Sequence record: DRR723986_10642
Strand: one strand, 5' to 3'
DNA length: 41,207 nt
A model generated the notes under the pieces. It did no database searches. It worked only from the letters and a program-made list of their open reading frames with translations, and was not told the origin of the DNA. The translations under genes and the position numbers were made by a program. Shown one piece after another: positions 19,138-31,054 of this stretch. Each line of letters opens with the position of its first letter. Position 1 is the stretch's first letter.

Positions 19138-19151
19138 CCATTCTAAGAGAT
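19138..19151 (+). repeat. attR candidate (imperfect direct repeat)
   Basis: CCATTCTAAGAGAT; sits exactly at the switch from AT-rich island end to GC-rich host DNA. Confidence 0.75.
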
Positions 19152-19225
19152 GTCTTCGCAGTTAGTGAGCGCCGATGGGACGGCGGCGGGATTAACGTCC
19201 CAGAAAAGTGTTGTGCAATGTCTAG

Positions 19226-20086
19226 ATGAAGGCGGCAGTGGGCGAAACGGTGAGCGTGTTACTACTCTGTGAAGACTCCGCGTTAGCGGCGGCCCTGCAA
19301 GCGCAGCTGAACTCCCGGGGCCGGGAATTGCTGCAACTAAAGCCCTCTGAATTATTGGCGCAACCGCACTTGGCCGACGGTGCGATTCTCGTTAACGCCC
19401 TTTTAACACCGGGCGAACCCGTCACCGACGCCGTCGTTGATATTCAGGCGGAGCTAATAAGTGCTGTAGGCCCGAAACTGCGGTGTTATTTGGGGCTGAG
19501 TGATGCCCGGGTTGTCGCGGAGTTGGATCGCGAAGAGCCGGTGGCAGAAAATGCCACCCCAGCCCCTCAAGGTCAGGATGCTGTCCGTCTGGCGGCAATG
19601 GAAGAGCAGCTGCTATCTGCGCCATTGCAGGCGCTTATCCTGCGCACGGGGCCACTTATTGCGACCGACGGTGATAATTTACTGTCTGCCTTTATCAAGG
19701 CGCTTAAAGCGGGCCAAGCGCTTGGTCTTGATGATTCTCAGCAGAGTGCTCCGACGCCGGTTGGTGACCTTGCCCGGGTGTTGTCGGCAATGATTGACCA
19801 GCTTTCCTGTGGTGCGCTGTGCCGGGGTATCTATCACTATCAAAGCAGCGGTGCCACTAGCGCCTATGCTTTTGCCGAAGTGGCCTACGCTCATGCCGGG
19901 CAATATCTGGCGACTCCCCCCGATATTTCAATTGATGGCGATGGCTGGGGGTGGGTGATGGATTCGCGGGTACTCCGCTGTGAGCGTTTATTACGTAATT
20001 TCGGCATTAAGCAATTAGCGTGGCGATCCTGGTTGCCCAAAATGATTAAAACCCTTTGTGAGGATGATTGCGATGAGCGCCTCTGA
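19226..20086 (+). CDS. RmlD-like sugar-nucleotide-binding domain protein (degenerate SDR fold)
   Basis: RmlD-like C-terminal half (LILRTG, APTPVGDLARV, GIYHY...SAYAFA, FGIKQLAWRSWL); canonical GxxGxxG and YxxxK absent. Confidence 0.7.
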   Translation: MKAAVGETVSVLLLCEDSALAAALQAQLNSRGRELLQLKPSELLAQPHLADGAILVNALLTPGEPVTDAVVDIQAELISAVGPKLRCYLGLSDARVVAELDREEPVAENATPAPQGQDAVRLAAMEEQLLSAPLQALILRTGPLIATDGDNLLSAFIKALKAGQALGLDDSQQSAPTPVGDLARVLSAMIDQLSCGALCRGIYHYQSSGATSAYAFAEVAYAHAGQYLATPPDISIDGDGWGWVMDSRVLRCERLLRNFGIKQLAWRSWLPKMIKTLCEDDCDERL

Positions 20087-20594
20087 CGCGTTTTCAGCTC
20101 TGTCGATCGCGGTGCTGACCGTATCGGATACTCGAGATGAGGCTTCTGATAGCTCTGGGCACTACCTATGTACTGCTCTGCAAGAGGCCGGTCACCGGCA
20201 GGCGGATAAGCAGATAGTGAAAGACGATATTTATCAAATTCGCGCTGCACTATCCGCTTGGATCGCCGATGAAAACATTGACGCTGTGCTGGTCACTGGT
20301 GGCACCGGATTTTCTGGCCGGGACTCCACGCCAGAGGCGGTGTCGGTGCTTTTTGACAAGCACATTGAAGGCTTTGGCGAGGTCTTTCGCGCCGTGTCTT
20401 ACGAAGAAATTGGCTCGTCGACCATCCAGTCGCGAGCCCTTGCCGGCTTTGCTAATAATACCGTGATATTTTGCATGCCAGGTTCTACGGGGGCATGCCG
20501 AACCGCGTGGACGCGGCTTATCGCGGAGCAGCTCGATAGCCGTCATCGCCCCTGCAATTTTGTGGGTGTGTTAAATACTCGCAGAGGTCACTAA
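20073..20594 (+). CDS. moaB: Molybdenum cofactor biosynthesis protein MoaB
   Basis: IAVLTVSDTR, TGGTGFSGRDSTPEA, GFGEVFR, IQSRA, MPGSTGAC, HRPCNF. Confidence 0.93.
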   Translation: MSASDAFSALSIAVLTVSDTRDEASDSSGHYLCTALQEAGHRQADKQIVKDDIYQIRAALSAWIADENIDAVLVTGGTGFSGRDSTPEAVSVLFDKHIEGFGEVFRAVSYEEIGSSTIQSRALAGFANNTVIFCMPGSTGACRTAWTRLIAEQLDSRHRPCNFVGVLNTRRGH

Positions 20595-20596
20595 TA

Positions 20597-21787
20597 ATGG
20601 CGCTGCGCCCGGTGGCGGAAGTGCAGGCTGAGTTACTGGCAGATGCGAGCCTGTGTGGGGATGAGCGCTGTGACCTGAATGCCGCATTTGGGCGCATTCT
20701 TCGGGAGGATATTGTCGCGGCAACAGATGTGCCGCCGGCGGCCAATAGCGCGATGGACGGCTATGCGTTGCGGGTCGCTGATCTTGCCGAAGGGCGGGCC
20801 CTGCCTATAAGCCAGCGTATAGCGGCGGGCCATGCCCCCGATGCCTTGCTGCCGGGAACCGCGGCGCGAATCTTTACCGGTGCGGTTATCCCGCCGGGGG
20901 CAGACTGTGTTGTTGCTCAGGAGGATTGCCGGCAATCCGACGAGGGCGTTGAGATTGCGATAACGCCAGTATCTGGCCAGCATATTCGCCCGCGTGGCCA
21001 GGACATCGCTAAGGGGACTGTTGTTGTAGCACGCGGTCGCAAGCTAGGCGCCGCGGACCTCGGCTTGTTGGCCTCCGTTGGGGTGCCGGCCTGTCGTGTT
21101 GCCAAACGCTTAAAAGTTGCCTTGATGTCGACCGGGGATGAATTGCGAGAGCCCGGCGAGGCGCTCGGCATCGCGCAAATTTACAATTCCAATCGGCCGA
21201 TGCTGGCTGCGCTGGTTTCAGCAATGGGCGGTGAGCTTATCGACCTGGGAATTGTCCCCGATACGGCAGAGGCGACTGCGGGGGCCTTGTCTCAAGCAGC
21301 TGAGTTGGCCGATGTGGTAATAAGCAGTGGTGGTGTCTCTGTCGGTGAGGAGGATCATGTTAAGGCGCAGATAGAGCGCTTGGGTGAGCTCAAGGTGTGG
21401 AAACTGGCGATTAAGCCGGGTAAGCCCCTGGCCTACGGCCGAATTGCAGGCGTGCCGTTTTTTGGTTTGCCGGGCAACCCGGTGTCGAGTTTTGTCACCT
21501 TCTGCCTGCTCGTCAGGCCGTATTTGTTGGCCATGCAAGGCATCAGCGACCCGATGCCCGACGTCGTTCAGGCGACGGTGGACTTCGAATGGCTAAAGCC
21601 AGGTAGTCGGCAGGAGTATCTGCGTGTGCGCCTTAAGGGGGGCGTGCTGAGTTTGCATCCGCAGCAAAGCTCCGGGGCGCTAAGTTCAGTGGCGTGGGCG
21701 AATGCATTGGCAATTGTGCCGCCGGGTACGATCTTTGGGCGTGGAGAGGTTATCGATTGCCTTTCTTTCGCTGAGTTGGGTGCCTAG
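20597..21787 (+). CDS. moeA: Molybdopterin molybdenumtransferase MoeA
   Basis: NSAMDGYA, RIFTGA, STGDEL, SSGGVSVGEED, KPGKP, GLPGNPVS. Confidence 0.96.
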   Translation: MALRPVAEVQAELLADASLCGDERCDLNAAFGRILREDIVAATDVPPAANSAMDGYALRVADLAEGRALPISQRIAAGHAPDALLPGTAARIFTGAVIPPGADCVVAQEDCRQSDEGVEIAITPVSGQHIRPRGQDIAKGTVVVARGRKLGAADLGLLASVGVPACRVAKRLKVALMSTGDELREPGEALGIAQIYNSNRPMLAALVSAMGGELIDLGIVPDTAEATAGALSQAAELADVVISSGGVSVGEEDHVKAQIERLGELKVWKLAIKPGKPLAYGRIAGVPFFGLPGNPVSSFVTFCLLVRPYLLAMQGISDPMPDVVQATVDFEWLKPGSRQEYLRVRLKGGVLSLHPQQSSGALSSVAWANALAIVPPGTIFGRGEVIDCLSFAELGA

Positions 21788-21810
21788 AGCGAAAAGAATA
21801 ACCGTACTTG

Positions 21811-21848
21811 GCATACAAAAAAGCCCGCAGAAGCGGGCTTTTTTATGC
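21811..21848. terminator. Bidirectional terminator between moeA and fabB
   Basis: AAAAAAGCCCGC-AGAA-GCGGGCTTTTTT inverted repeat. Confidence 0.88.
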
Positions 21849-21863
21849 GCAAGTGCTTTTGGG

Positions 21864-23087
21864 TTAGTCGTTAACTCGACTAAACACCAGGCTCGCGTTA
21901 GTGCCACCAAAGCCAAAGCTGTTAGACATAATGGTATTGAGCGTCACGTTTTCGCGCTTTTCTGTCGCAATTGGAATGCCGGCGGCTTCCGAATCCAGCT
22001 CCTCGATATTGGCGGAGGCGGCAATGAAGTTATTTTGCATCATCAGTAGCGAGAAGATGGCTTCTTGAACGCCGGTAGCCCCCAGAGAGTGCCCGGCCAG
22101 TGACTTGGTTGAACCGATAACGGGGATGGGGTGTTCACCATAGGCCTGTTTAATGGCCTTGAGCTCCTGCATATCGCCGGCCGGCGTCGAGGTGCCATGT
22201 GAGTTGATGTAGTCGACCTCACTGCTGACATTTTGCAGGGCCAGGCGCATGCATCGCGCCGCGCCTTCGCCACTCGGGGCAACCATGTCATAGCCGTCGG
22301 AGGTGGCGCCGTAGCCGACTAATTCGCCATAAATTTTTGCGCCGCGCGCTTTGGCGTGCTCGAGTTCTTCCAGAACGATCATGCCGGCACCGCCAGCAAT
22401 AACAAAGCCGTCGCGGTTAGCGTCGTAGGGTCGGGAGGCCTGCTGGGGGGTGTCGTTGTACTTCGTAGACAGCGCGCCCATGGCATCAAACAGGCAGCTC
22501 AGCGACCAGTGTTCTTCTTCGCCGCCGCCGGCAAAAACAACATCTTGTTTGCCCAGCTGAATCAGTTCAGCAGCGTTGCCAATGCAGTGTGCGCTGGTGG
22601 CGCAAGCTGAAGAGATAGAGTAGTTCACACCTTTTATTTTAAAGGGGGTGGCCAGACAGGCAGATACGGTGCTGCCCATGGTTTGGGTAACCCGGTAGGG
22701 CCCAATACGTTTTACGCCGCGCTCGCGCAGTGTATCGGCAGACTCAATGAGGTTGGCCGAAGAGGCACCACCAGAGCCGGCAATAATGCCAGTACGCTCG
22801 TTGTCGATATCCTTGTCTTCAAGTCCGGAGTCGGCAATCGCTTCTTGCATGGCGATGTAAGCATAGGCTGCCGCGTCGCCCATGAAGCGCAGTTGCTTGC
22901 GATCAATGTGGGCTTTTAAATCCAGGTCTTTAATGGAGCCTGAAATATGGCTGCGAAAGCCCATTTCTTTGTAGGTGTCGTTATGTGTGATGCCGGATGC
23001 ACCATTTTGGAGCGAAGCCAAAGCTTGTTTGATGTCGTTGCCAATGCTGGAGACGATACCCATCCCCGTAACTACAACACGTTTCAT
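21864..23087 (-). CDS. fabB: Beta-ketoacyl-ACP synthase I
   Basis: [20 protein letters not shown] (catalytic Cys), [21 protein letters not shown]; downstream of fabA. Confidence 0.96.
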   Translation of the reverse strand: MKRVVVTGMGIVSSIGNDIKQALASLQNGASGITHNDTYKEMGFRSHISGSIKDLDLKAHIDRKQLRFMGDAAAYAYIAMQEAIADSGLEDKDIDNERTGIIAGSGGASSANLIESADTLRERGVKRIGPYRVTQTMGSTVSACLATPFKIKGVNYSISSACATSAHCIGNAAELIQLGKQDVVFAGGGEEEHWSLSCLFDAMGALSTKYNDTPQQASRPYDANRDGFVIAGGAGMIVLEELEHAKARGAKIYGELVGYGATSDGYDMVAPSGEGAARCMRLALQNVSSEVDYINSHGTSTPAGDMQELKAIKQAYGEHPIPVIGSTKSLAGHSLGATGVQEAIFSLLMMQNNFIAASANIEELDSEAAGIPIATEKRENVTLNTIMSNSFGFGGTNASLVFSRVND

Positions 23088-23152
23088 GTCTACCTCGTAG
23101 CGTATATTTGTTCTGTCAGTGAGTCTTGTTTGCCACGCTAGTGGCATTGTTA

Positions 23153-23677
23153 TTACGCGAAGCTGGCGTCGTCTTTGAACAGGCCAACCCGCAGATCTTT
23201 AGCGGTGTAGATAACTTTCCCGTCGACAGCGACCTCGCCGTCGGCGATACCCATAACCAGTTTGCGTTCAATGAGTCGCTTGAAGTTGAGTGTGTAGGTA
23301 ACGAGTTTGGTGTCGGGTAAAATTTGTCCAGTGAACTTAATTTCGCCGGCACCCAGCGCGCGGCCTTTGCCACTGTTGCCGCGCCACCCGAGGAAAAAGC
23401 CCACCAGCTGCCACATGGCATCGAGCCCCAGGCAGCCGGGCATGACCGGGTCGCCAACAAAGTGGCAGTCGAAAAACCATAGGTCGGGGTTGATATCGAG
23501 CTCGGCGATCAGTTGGCCTTTGCCGTATTCGCCACCTTCGCCGCTAATATGCGTGATGCGGTCTAACATGAGCATATTGTCGACGGGAAGGCGGGGGTTG
23601 CCCGGGCCAAAGAGCCGGCCGTGGCCGCAATCAATGAGTTCTTCTTTTGTAAAGCTATTTTTATGGGTAAGAGACAT
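23153..23677 (-). CDS. fabA: 3-hydroxydecanoyl-ACP dehydratase/isomerase
   Basis: [26 protein letters not shown]; start ATG 23677. Confidence 0.96.
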   Translation of the reverse strand: MSLTHKNSFTKEELIDCGHGRLFGPGNPRLPVDNMLMLDRITHISGEGGEYGKGQLIAELDINPDLWFFDCHFVGDPVMPGCLGLDAMWQLVGFFLGWRGNSGKGRALGAGEIKFTGQILPDTKLVTYTLNFKRLIERKLVMGIADGEVAVDGKVIYTAKDLRVGLFKDDASFA

Positions 23678-23904
23678 AAGAAAAAGACTTGCCAGTGAGA
23701 AATTTGTAGCGCGCATAGTAGCATAAGGGCCTGCTGAGCACACAAAAATGTCAACATTGGCCTGATCATTGCTGTAATAATTTGGTAAGCAGGGCAAAGT
23801 AGGCTACGCGGTGATTGCGAATCTGCTGCACTGCTGGGAAAATTCGTTCACAAGGCTCGTTACGGACTGAGCTATTTCAAAAAAACACAGGATGCACAAG
23901 TAAT

Positions 23905-24741
23905 ATGATCAGGAAATGTCTCTTTCCGGTTGCCGGCTACGGTACCCGCTTCCTACCCGCGACGAAGTCGATGCCCAAAGAAATGCTGCCGATCGTCAAC
24001 AAGCCACTGGTTCAGTACGGTGTTGAGGAGTCTATTGAGGCGGGGCTTAAGCAAATTGCTCTGGTAACGGGGCGCGGTAAGCGCGCCATTGCTGATCACT
24101 TCGACATTAGTTTTGAGCTTGAAAACCAAATAGCGGGCACCAGCAAAGAGTCCTACCTGACCAGTATTCGGAAAGTGTTGAGCGAAGGCACTTTCATGAT
24201 GACGCGCCAGCGCGAAATGAAAGGCTTGGGGCACGCCATTCTTACCGGTGAAAGCCTGGTGGGCAATGAGGCCTTCGGCGTTATTCTTTCCGATGACCTG
24301 TGCGTGAATCCGGGCGAAGATGGTGTGATGGCGCAAATGGTGAAGCTGTATAACCAGTTCCGCTGTAGCATTGTCGCCATCCAGGAAGTGCCAATGGAGA
24401 ACATCGAGAAATACGGTGTTATTGCCGGCGATGATATGGGTGGTGGTCTCTACCGAGTAAAAGATATGGTTGAGAAGCCCAAGGCTGAAGACGCGCCGAG
24501 TAACCTCGCCGTTATTGGTCGCTATATTCTAACGCCCGATATTTTCGATATTTTGCGCGACACTCCTCCGGGTAAAAACGGCGAAATTCAGCTGACAGAT
24601 GCACTGATGACCCAGGCGCAAAACGGCTGCGTGCTGGCGTATAAATTCCAAGGCCGCCGATTTGACTGCGGCAGCGTGCCCGGATTTATCGAAGCGACAA
24701 ACTACGTCTACGAAAACATCTATCAAGACGGGCAGGGTTGA
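23905..24741 (+). CDS. galU: UTP-glucose-1-phosphate uridylyltransferase
   Basis: PVAGYGTRFLPATKSMPKEMLP, VEKP, GEIQLTDA, FDCGS; start ATG 23905. Confidence 0.96.
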   Translation: MIRKCLFPVAGYGTRFLPATKSMPKEMLPIVNKPLVQYGVEESIEAGLKQIALVTGRGKRAIADHFDISFELENQIAGTSKESYLTSIRKVLSEGTFMMTRQREMKGLGHAILTGESLVGNEAFGVILSDDLCVNPGEDGVMAQMVKLYNQFRCSIVAIQEVPMENIEKYGVIAGDDMGGGLYRVKDMVEKPKAEDAPSNLAVIGRYILTPDIFDILRDTPPGKNGEIQLTDALMTQAQNGCVLAYKFQGRRFDCGSVPGFIEATNYVYENIYQDGQG

Positions 24742-24744
24742 TTC

Positions 24745-26094
24745 ATGGTGCAAGAACTAAGCTGTTTTAAGGCCTACGATGTTCGCGGTCGCATCCCCGA
24801 TCAGCTCAACGAAGATATTGCCTACCGCATTGGTCGCGCCTTTGCTGAGGTGATCAAGCCAAAGAAGGTTGTCGTTGGGCACGATATTCGCCTGAGTAGT
24901 GAGGCAATAAAAGCAGCCGTTTCTAACGGCTTGCGCGATGCAGGGGTCGATGTGTACGACATCGGCCTGTGTGGAACAGAAGAAATTTACTTTGCCACGT
25001 CGCATGCAGAAATGGATGGCGGTATTGCCGTCACCGCGAGCCATAATCCCAAAGATTATAACGGCATGAAGTTCGTGCGTGAGGAGTCGAAGCCAATCAG
25101 CGGCGACACTGGCCTGTTGGATATTAAAGCCCTTGCTGAGAAGAATGAATTTTCAGCCCCGGCAGCGGTGCGTGGCCAGCTTCAGTCGCTTGATACGAGT
25201 GCGGCCTATGTCGAGCACTTGTTGAGCTACGTAGATGTATCTGCCCTCAAGCCGCTCAAAATCGTCGTCAATGCCGGTAATGGTGGCGCTGGGCGCGTGG
25301 TTGACCTGCTGGAACCGCATTTGCCGTTTGAATTTATTCGTGTTCATCACGAAGCTGATGGCAACTTCCCGAACGGCGTGCCGAACCCTCTTTTGGTGGA
25401 GAATCGTCAACCCACTATTGATGCCATTAAGGCGCACGGTGCTGATCTGGGTATTGCCTGGGACGGTGACTTTGATCGCTGTTTCTTTTTCGATGAGCGC
25501 GGCGAGTTCATCGAAGGCTATTACGTTGTGGGCTTGCTTGCCGAGACCTTCCTGCTGAATGCTCCAGGCGAAAAAGTGGTTCACGACCCGCGTTTAACCT
25601 GGAATACCGTCGACATTGTTCAGGCGCGCGGCGGCGAGGCGGTACAGAGCAAAACCGGTCATGCCTTTATTAAAGAGCGAATGCGCAAGGAAAATGCGGT
25701 TTACGGCGGTGAAATGAGTGCCCACCACTACTTCAGGGACTTTGCTTACTGCGATAGTGGCATGATTCCCTGGTTGCTGGTTACTCAGCTGATGTCGGTG
25801 AGGTCTGCGGCCTTGTCGTCGCTGGTCGAAGAGCGCGTTGCCAAGTTTCCCTGCAGTGGTGAAATTAATCGCGAGGTCGACGATGCGCGCGCCAGTATTG
25901 CTGCCATTGAAGCAAAATATGCCGAGCAGGCTAGCAGCGTTGATTATACCGACGGTCTGAGTATGGATTTTGACGGCTGGCGGTTTAATGTGCGCATGTC
26001 CAACACCGAGCCGGTTGTACGCTTGAATGTTGAGAGTGAGGCGGACATGGCGCTGATGAAGCAGAAAACAGAGGAGCTGCTAACCCAGCTATAA
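24745..26094 (+). CDS. manB: Phosphomannomutase/phosphoglucomutase (CpsG/ManB family)
   Basis: [15 protein letters not shown] (phosphoserine site), DGDFDR, GGEMSAH, RMSNTEP. Confidence 0.92.
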   Translation: MVQELSCFKAYDVRGRIPDQLNEDIAYRIGRAFAEVIKPKKVVVGHDIRLSSEAIKAAVSNGLRDAGVDVYDIGLCGTEEIYFATSHAEMDGGIAVTASHNPKDYNGMKFVREESKPISGDTGLLDIKALAEKNEFSAPAAVRGQLQSLDTSAAYVEHLLSYVDVSALKPLKIVVNAGNGGAGRVVDLLEPHLPFEFIRVHHEADGNFPNGVPNPLLVENRQPTIDAIKAHGADLGIAWDGDFDRCFFFDERGEFIEGYYVVGLLAETFLLNAPGEKVVHDPRLTWNTVDIVQARGGEAVQSKTGHAFIKERMRKENAVYGGEMSAHHYFRDFAYCDSGMIPWLLVTQLMSVRSAALSSLVEERVAKFPCSGEINREVDDARASIAAIEAKYAEQASSVDYTDGLSMDFDGWRFNVRMSNTEPVVRLNVESEADMALMKQKTEELLTQL

Positions 26095-26117
26095 GCGCGG
26101 TCTCTGTTGCTTGTTAG

Positions 26118-26143
26118 AAAGCCGGGCATAGCCCGGCTTTTTT
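26118..26143 (+). terminator. Rho-independent terminator after manB
   Basis: AAAGCCGGGC-ATA-GCCCGGCTTTTTT. Confidence 0.85.
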
Positions 26144-26169
26144 GTTTCTGTGGTGAGTGCGTCCGGTTA

Positions 26170-27807
26170 TTAGCTATTGGCGCGTCGGGCTCGCTCGATG
26201 AGTTGCGCTGTCGAGCTGTCGGGGGTGGTGTCGCTGTCTGTGTCGCCTCGGAGGCTCCCCAGTAGTTGGTGGCTTAACTGCTTGCCAAGTTCTACCCCCC
26301 ATTGGTCAAAGGGGTTGATGTCCCAGATGAAGCTCGCGCAGATCAGTCGATATTCGTACAGCGCGATCAAATTGCCGAGTGCGCGGGGGCTGAGCTCGTC
26401 CATCAAAATTGTGGTACTGGGGCGGTTGCCTGGCATGGCTTTATGTTTGGCAAGTTGTGCGGCCTCGTCAGGGCTGAAGCCGTCCCGTAGTAGCTCTTGC
26501 TCCACCTCTTTGGCAGATTTGCCCTGCATAAGCGCCAGGCTTTGTGCAAAGCAGTTCGCCAGTAAGGCTTGCTGTTGGTCGAGAGCTTTGCCACTGTTTT
26601 TGAGCGTGGCAATAAAGTCGCAGGGAATGATGTCGCTGCCTTGGTGGAGTAATTGGTGGAAGGAATGCTGGCCATTGGTGCCTTCGCTACCCCATATTAC
26701 GCCGCCGCTCTGTTGCGGCAGGGCGTCGCCGCTACGGTCCACCGTTTTTCCGGCGCTTTCCATAAACAGCTGCTGGAGATAGTCGGGGAGCTGCTTGAGG
26801 CGGTTGCAGTAGGGCAGGATGGCGTGAGAGCTGATATTCCAGCTGTTGCGATACCACACATCCAATAGCGCGAGTGTAGCGGGCAGGTTGCTCTCAAGGC
26901 TGCTGCTTGCCATGTGCTCGTCAACTTCCGCGCCGCCTAATAATACTTCTGAGAAGCAGGGCCAGCCGTAGTTGGCGGCGACGATAAGGCCAAAGCCAGA
27001 CCAGACGGAAAAGCGCCCGCCTACCCAGCTCGGCACGGCGAGGGTGAGGTCTGGTGCAACCCCCAGCTTGGCGGCGGCGTCGGGGTTGGCGGTTATGGCA
27101 ATAAAATGCCTGCCGATATCCTGCCCCGGTAGAGCCTGTTCCAACCAGCGCTTTGCCGCTGCGGCATTGGCTAAGGTTTCTTGCGTGCCGAAAGATTTCG
27201 AGGCAACGATGAAGAGGGTGCTCTCGGCGGGCAAATCGGCGAGGGCTTCGTTGGTGCAACTCGGGTCAATATTGGCTAAAAAGCGGCATTCAAAAGCGGC
27301 TTCTGCACCCTCTTTCAGGGCTTCGGTAAACAGGCGCGGGCCAAAGTCAGAGCCGCCGATACCGATATTGACGATATGGCTGTAGGGTTTGCCGGTGCAG
27401 CCGCGCAGTTCGCCGCTGCGCAGGCCTGCGCTGATCGCCGCCATGTTTTCGTACATTGTGTGAATCGCGGGGTCGCTGCTGTGTTGGGAGTGCGCCCACG
27501 TTCGCAGTGCGGCGTAATTTGCACTGCGTTGTTCGGTGTTGTTGCACAGCGCGCCGCTGCGCATAGCGCTAAGCTTTTCGGGCAGGCCTGCATCGAGGGC
27601 GAGGGCATGCAGGGCTTTGGCAATGTCGCTATCGATATGCTGCTTTGAGTAATCGATAAACAGGGCGCCCAACTCCGCGCTGAATTGCGTGCTGCGATCC
27701 GCATGTTCGGCGAAGCGTTGTTTTAATGGTTGCTTTGAGCACGCACTCTTGAGTGAGGCGAGTGTCTGCCAGATTTCGCCTCGGCGACTCGGTGTTGCTG
27801 GTGTCAC
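26170..27807 (-). CDS. pgi: Glucose-6-phosphate isomerase
   Basis: IGIGGSDFGP, SKSFGTQET, VGGRFSVWS, QQLFMESAGK, GTNGQHSF, DQWGVELGK; GTG 27807 with GGAG SD preferred over ATG 27846. Confidence 0.93.
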   Translation of the reverse strand: MTPATPSRRGEIWQTLASLKSACSKQPLKQRFAEHADRSTQFSAELGALFIDYSKQHIDSDIAKALHALALDAGLPEKLSAMRSGALCNNTEQRSANYAALRTWAHSQHSSDPAIHTMYENMAAISAGLRSGELRGCTGKPYSHIVNIGIGGSDFGPRLFTEALKEGAEAAFECRFLANIDPSCTNEALADLPAESTLFIVASKSFGTQETLANAAAAKRWLEQALPGQDIGRHFIAITANPDAAAKLGVAPDLTLAVPSWVGGRFSVWSGFGLIVAANYGWPCFSEVLLGGAEVDEHMASSSLESNLPATLALLDVWYRNSWNISSHAILPYCNRLKQLPDYLQQLFMESAGKTVDRSGDALPQQSGGVIWGSEGTNGQHSFHQLLHQGSDIIPCDFIATLKNSGKALDQQQALLANCFAQSLALMQGKSAKEVEQELLRDGFSPDEAAQLAKHKAMPGNRPSTTILMDELSPRALGNLIALYEYRLICASFIWDINPFDQWGVELGKQLSHQLLGSLRGDTDSDTTPDSSTAQLIERARRANS

Positions 27808-27924
27808 TGATTTCTCCCGTTCTTCCGTGGTGGGCGCTCTTCGCATTATCGCAGCCCATTACTGCCGATAATAACGCAATATTCATACCGTTATATGAAA
27901 TCGCCGTCCTTTTGCGACCGCTGC

Positions 27925-28884
27925 CTAGCTTTTTCTTTGAAGGGCCAGTTCGCACAGCTTGCTAAGAGCGTCTTTGTGGGCGCTCGGCGGGAGGGACTGT
28001 AGTGCGTGAATAGCAGCCTGGCTGTATTTCTGGGCGGCATCTCGGCAATAGTCTAGAGCGCCGCTTTGCTTAACGGCTGCAACAATGCTGTCAAGCTCGT
28101 CCGCCGATTTTTCACTAATGGCGCGTTGAACTTGCTGCTTTTGTGTGGCACTGCCGTTCTGCAATATGAAGATCAGTGGCAGGGTCGGTTTGCCCTCTGC
28201 CAGGTCGTCGCCAACATTCTTGCCAGTCTCGGCGGGGTCGCCTTCGTAGTCCAGAATGTCATCAATCAGCTGGAAGGCAATGCCGAGATTTAAGCCGTAG
28301 TCATACAGTGCTTGTTGTTGGCTATTTTGTCCTGACAGCAGTGCGGCGCCTGAGCACGCGGCCGCGAATAACACAGCGGTTTTGCTGCGAATGACATTGA
28401 AGTAAGTGTCTTCATCGGTGTCGGGGTTGCCTGCCCTCGCGAGCTGAAGTACCTCGCCCTCGGCAACGGTATTGGTCGTGTCAGACAGCAATGCCATGAG
28501 CGGCATGTTGCCAATGCTAACCAATACCTGAAACGCGCGTGAGTAAAGGAAGTCGCCAACCAGCACGCTGGGTGCATTGCCGAATTCAGCGTTGGCCGTC
28601 GGTCGTCCCCGGCGCAGTGCAGAAAGGTCTACAACGTCGTCGTGCAGCAAGGTCGCAGTGTGGATAAATTCAATAACGGCTGCTAGGCGAATGTGGTCGT
28701 GGTCAATCTTGCCGAGCGCGCCGGCGCTCAGCAGGCTGAGAAGGGGGCGCAGGCGTTTGCCGCCAGCATCAATAATGTAGTGGCCAATGTTCTCCACAAG
28801 GGCGACTCGGGAGTGCAATTGCTCGACGATAAAATCGTTGACGGAGTTGAACTCGCTATCTACGACCTGGCGGATATGTTGCAT
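27925..28884 (-). CDS. ispB: Octaprenyl-diphosphate synthase
   Basis: GGKRLRP, FARM LLHDDVVD, SARM FQLIDDILD, GDDLAEGKPT; divergent from rplU. Confidence 0.94.
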   Translation of the reverse strand: MQHIRQVVDSEFNSVNDFIVEQLHSRVALVENIGHYIIDAGGKRLRPLLSLLSAGALGKIDHDHIRLAAVIEFIHTATLLHDDVVDLSALRRGRPTANAEFGNAPSVLVGDFLYSRAFQVLVSIGNMPLMALLSDTTNTVAEGEVLQLARAGNPDTDEDTYFNVIRSKTAVLFAAACSGAALLSGQNSQQQALYDYGLNLGIAFQLIDDILDYEGDPAETGKNVGDDLAEGKPTLPLIFILQNGSATQKQQVQRAISEKSADELDSIVAAVKQSGALDYCRDAAQKYSQAAIHALQSLPPSAHKDALSKLCELALQRKS

Positions 28885-28919
28885 GGACTTATTGACTTGC
28901 GGCGGTGGAATCGGCTGGC

Positions 28920-28948
28920 ATCGTATGGGGGGTGGGCTAGGCTGTCAA
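28920..28948 (-). promoter_or_regulatory. Candidate sigma70 promoter of ispB
   Basis: Minus strand TTGACA, 17 bp, TACGAT. Confidence 0.6.
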
Positions 28949-28985
28949 GTTGAGCGTACCTGAGGCTGAACGCTGGATAAAGCAC

Positions 28986-29014
28986 TTGTGTTTATTGGCT
29001 GGAGCCAGTAAAAT
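28986..29014 (+). promoter_or_regulatory. Candidate sigma70 promoter of rplU-rpmA
   Basis: TTGTGT, 17 bp, TAAAAT, followed by GC-rich discriminator TCGCGCCC. Confidence 0.6.
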
Positions 29015-29155
29015 TCGCGCCCCTGAAGCAAAACCGCCCAGCCCGGCTGAAAAGTGAGGTTGCAGCGGTGCCTGGACTTGTCCCACGGCCGGTAAAAACT
29101 GGTGGTGGCCAAACACTCAATATGCATTGCAAGCAGGCTCTTGGAGATTATGCCC

Positions 29156-29467
29156 ATGTACGCAGTTATTGAAAGCGGTGGTAAGCAGCACCGTGTAGTT
29201 GAGGGTGAAACCCTCAAGTTGGAAAAAATTGAAGTCGCCACTGGTGAAGCCATTACTTTTGATAAAGTACTGATGGTTAAGAACGGTGAAGAACTCAAAA
29301 TCGGTGCGCCCTATGTTGAGGGTGGTAAAGTGACTGCAGAGGTTATCTCTCAAGGTCGTCACGCTAAGGTGAAAATCGTTAAGTTTCGCCGCCGTAAGCA
29401 CAGCATGAAACAAGCCGGTCACCGCCAGTGGTTCACGGAAGTGAAAATCACTGGTATCAGCGGCTAA
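29156..29467 (+). CDS. rplU: 50S ribosomal protein L21
   Basis: [14 protein letters not shown]...[11 protein letters not shown]. Confidence 0.98.
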   Translation: MYAVIESGGKQHRVVEGETLKLEKIEVATGEAITFDKVLMVKNGEELKIGAPYVEGGKVTAEVISQGRHAKVKIVKFRRRKHSMKQAGHRQWFTEVKITGISG

Positions 29468-29485
29468 GAATACGAGGAGAGACTC

Positions 29486-29743
29486 ATGGCTCACAAGAAA
29501 GCTGGTGGTAGTACCCGTAACGGACGCGATTCCGAGAGTAAACGCCTTGGTGTTAAGCGCTACGGCGGTCAGGCTGTTAGCGCAGGTAGCATCATCGTGC
29601 GTCAGCGTGGCACCAAGTTCCATGCGGGCGAAAACGTAGGCTGCGGAACAGACCACACGTTGTTTGCAAAAGCAGATGGTGTAGTGAAGTTTGAAGTTAA
29701 AGGCCCTAAGAACCGCAAGTTCGTCAGCATCGTCGCTGCGTAA
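29486..29743 (+). CDS. rpmA: 50S ribosomal protein L27
   Basis: [24 protein letters not shown]. Confidence 0.99.
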   Translation: MAHKKAGGSTRNGRDSESKRLGVKRYGGQAVSAGSIIVRQRGTKFHAGENVGCGTDHTLFAKADGVVKFEVKGPKNRKFVSIVAA

Positions 29744-29764
29744 TTTCCGGCTCTACTGGTTCGC

Positions 29765-29793
29765 AAAGCCTCGTCGGTTGACGGGGCTTTTTT
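29765..29793 (+). terminator. Terminator/attenuator between rpmA and obgE
   Basis: AAAGCCTCGTC-GGTT-GACGGGGCTTTTTT (one G-U pair). Confidence 0.75.
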
Positions 29794-29812
29794 GTTTCTG
29801 TACACAACATAA

Positions 29813-31045
<1,233 letters not shown>

Positions 31046-31054
31046 GGTGATGGT

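Larger units (their letters stand above)
10384..19146 (+). mobile_element. Integrated genomic island with three tyrosine recombinases (GInt-like), inserted at the ssb 3' end
   Basis: Imperfect direct repeats at both ends; four-gene recombination operon at the left; cargo on the opposite strand; AT-rich right end; visibly lower GC than flanks; separates ssb from an RmlD-like gene. Confidence 0.85.
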
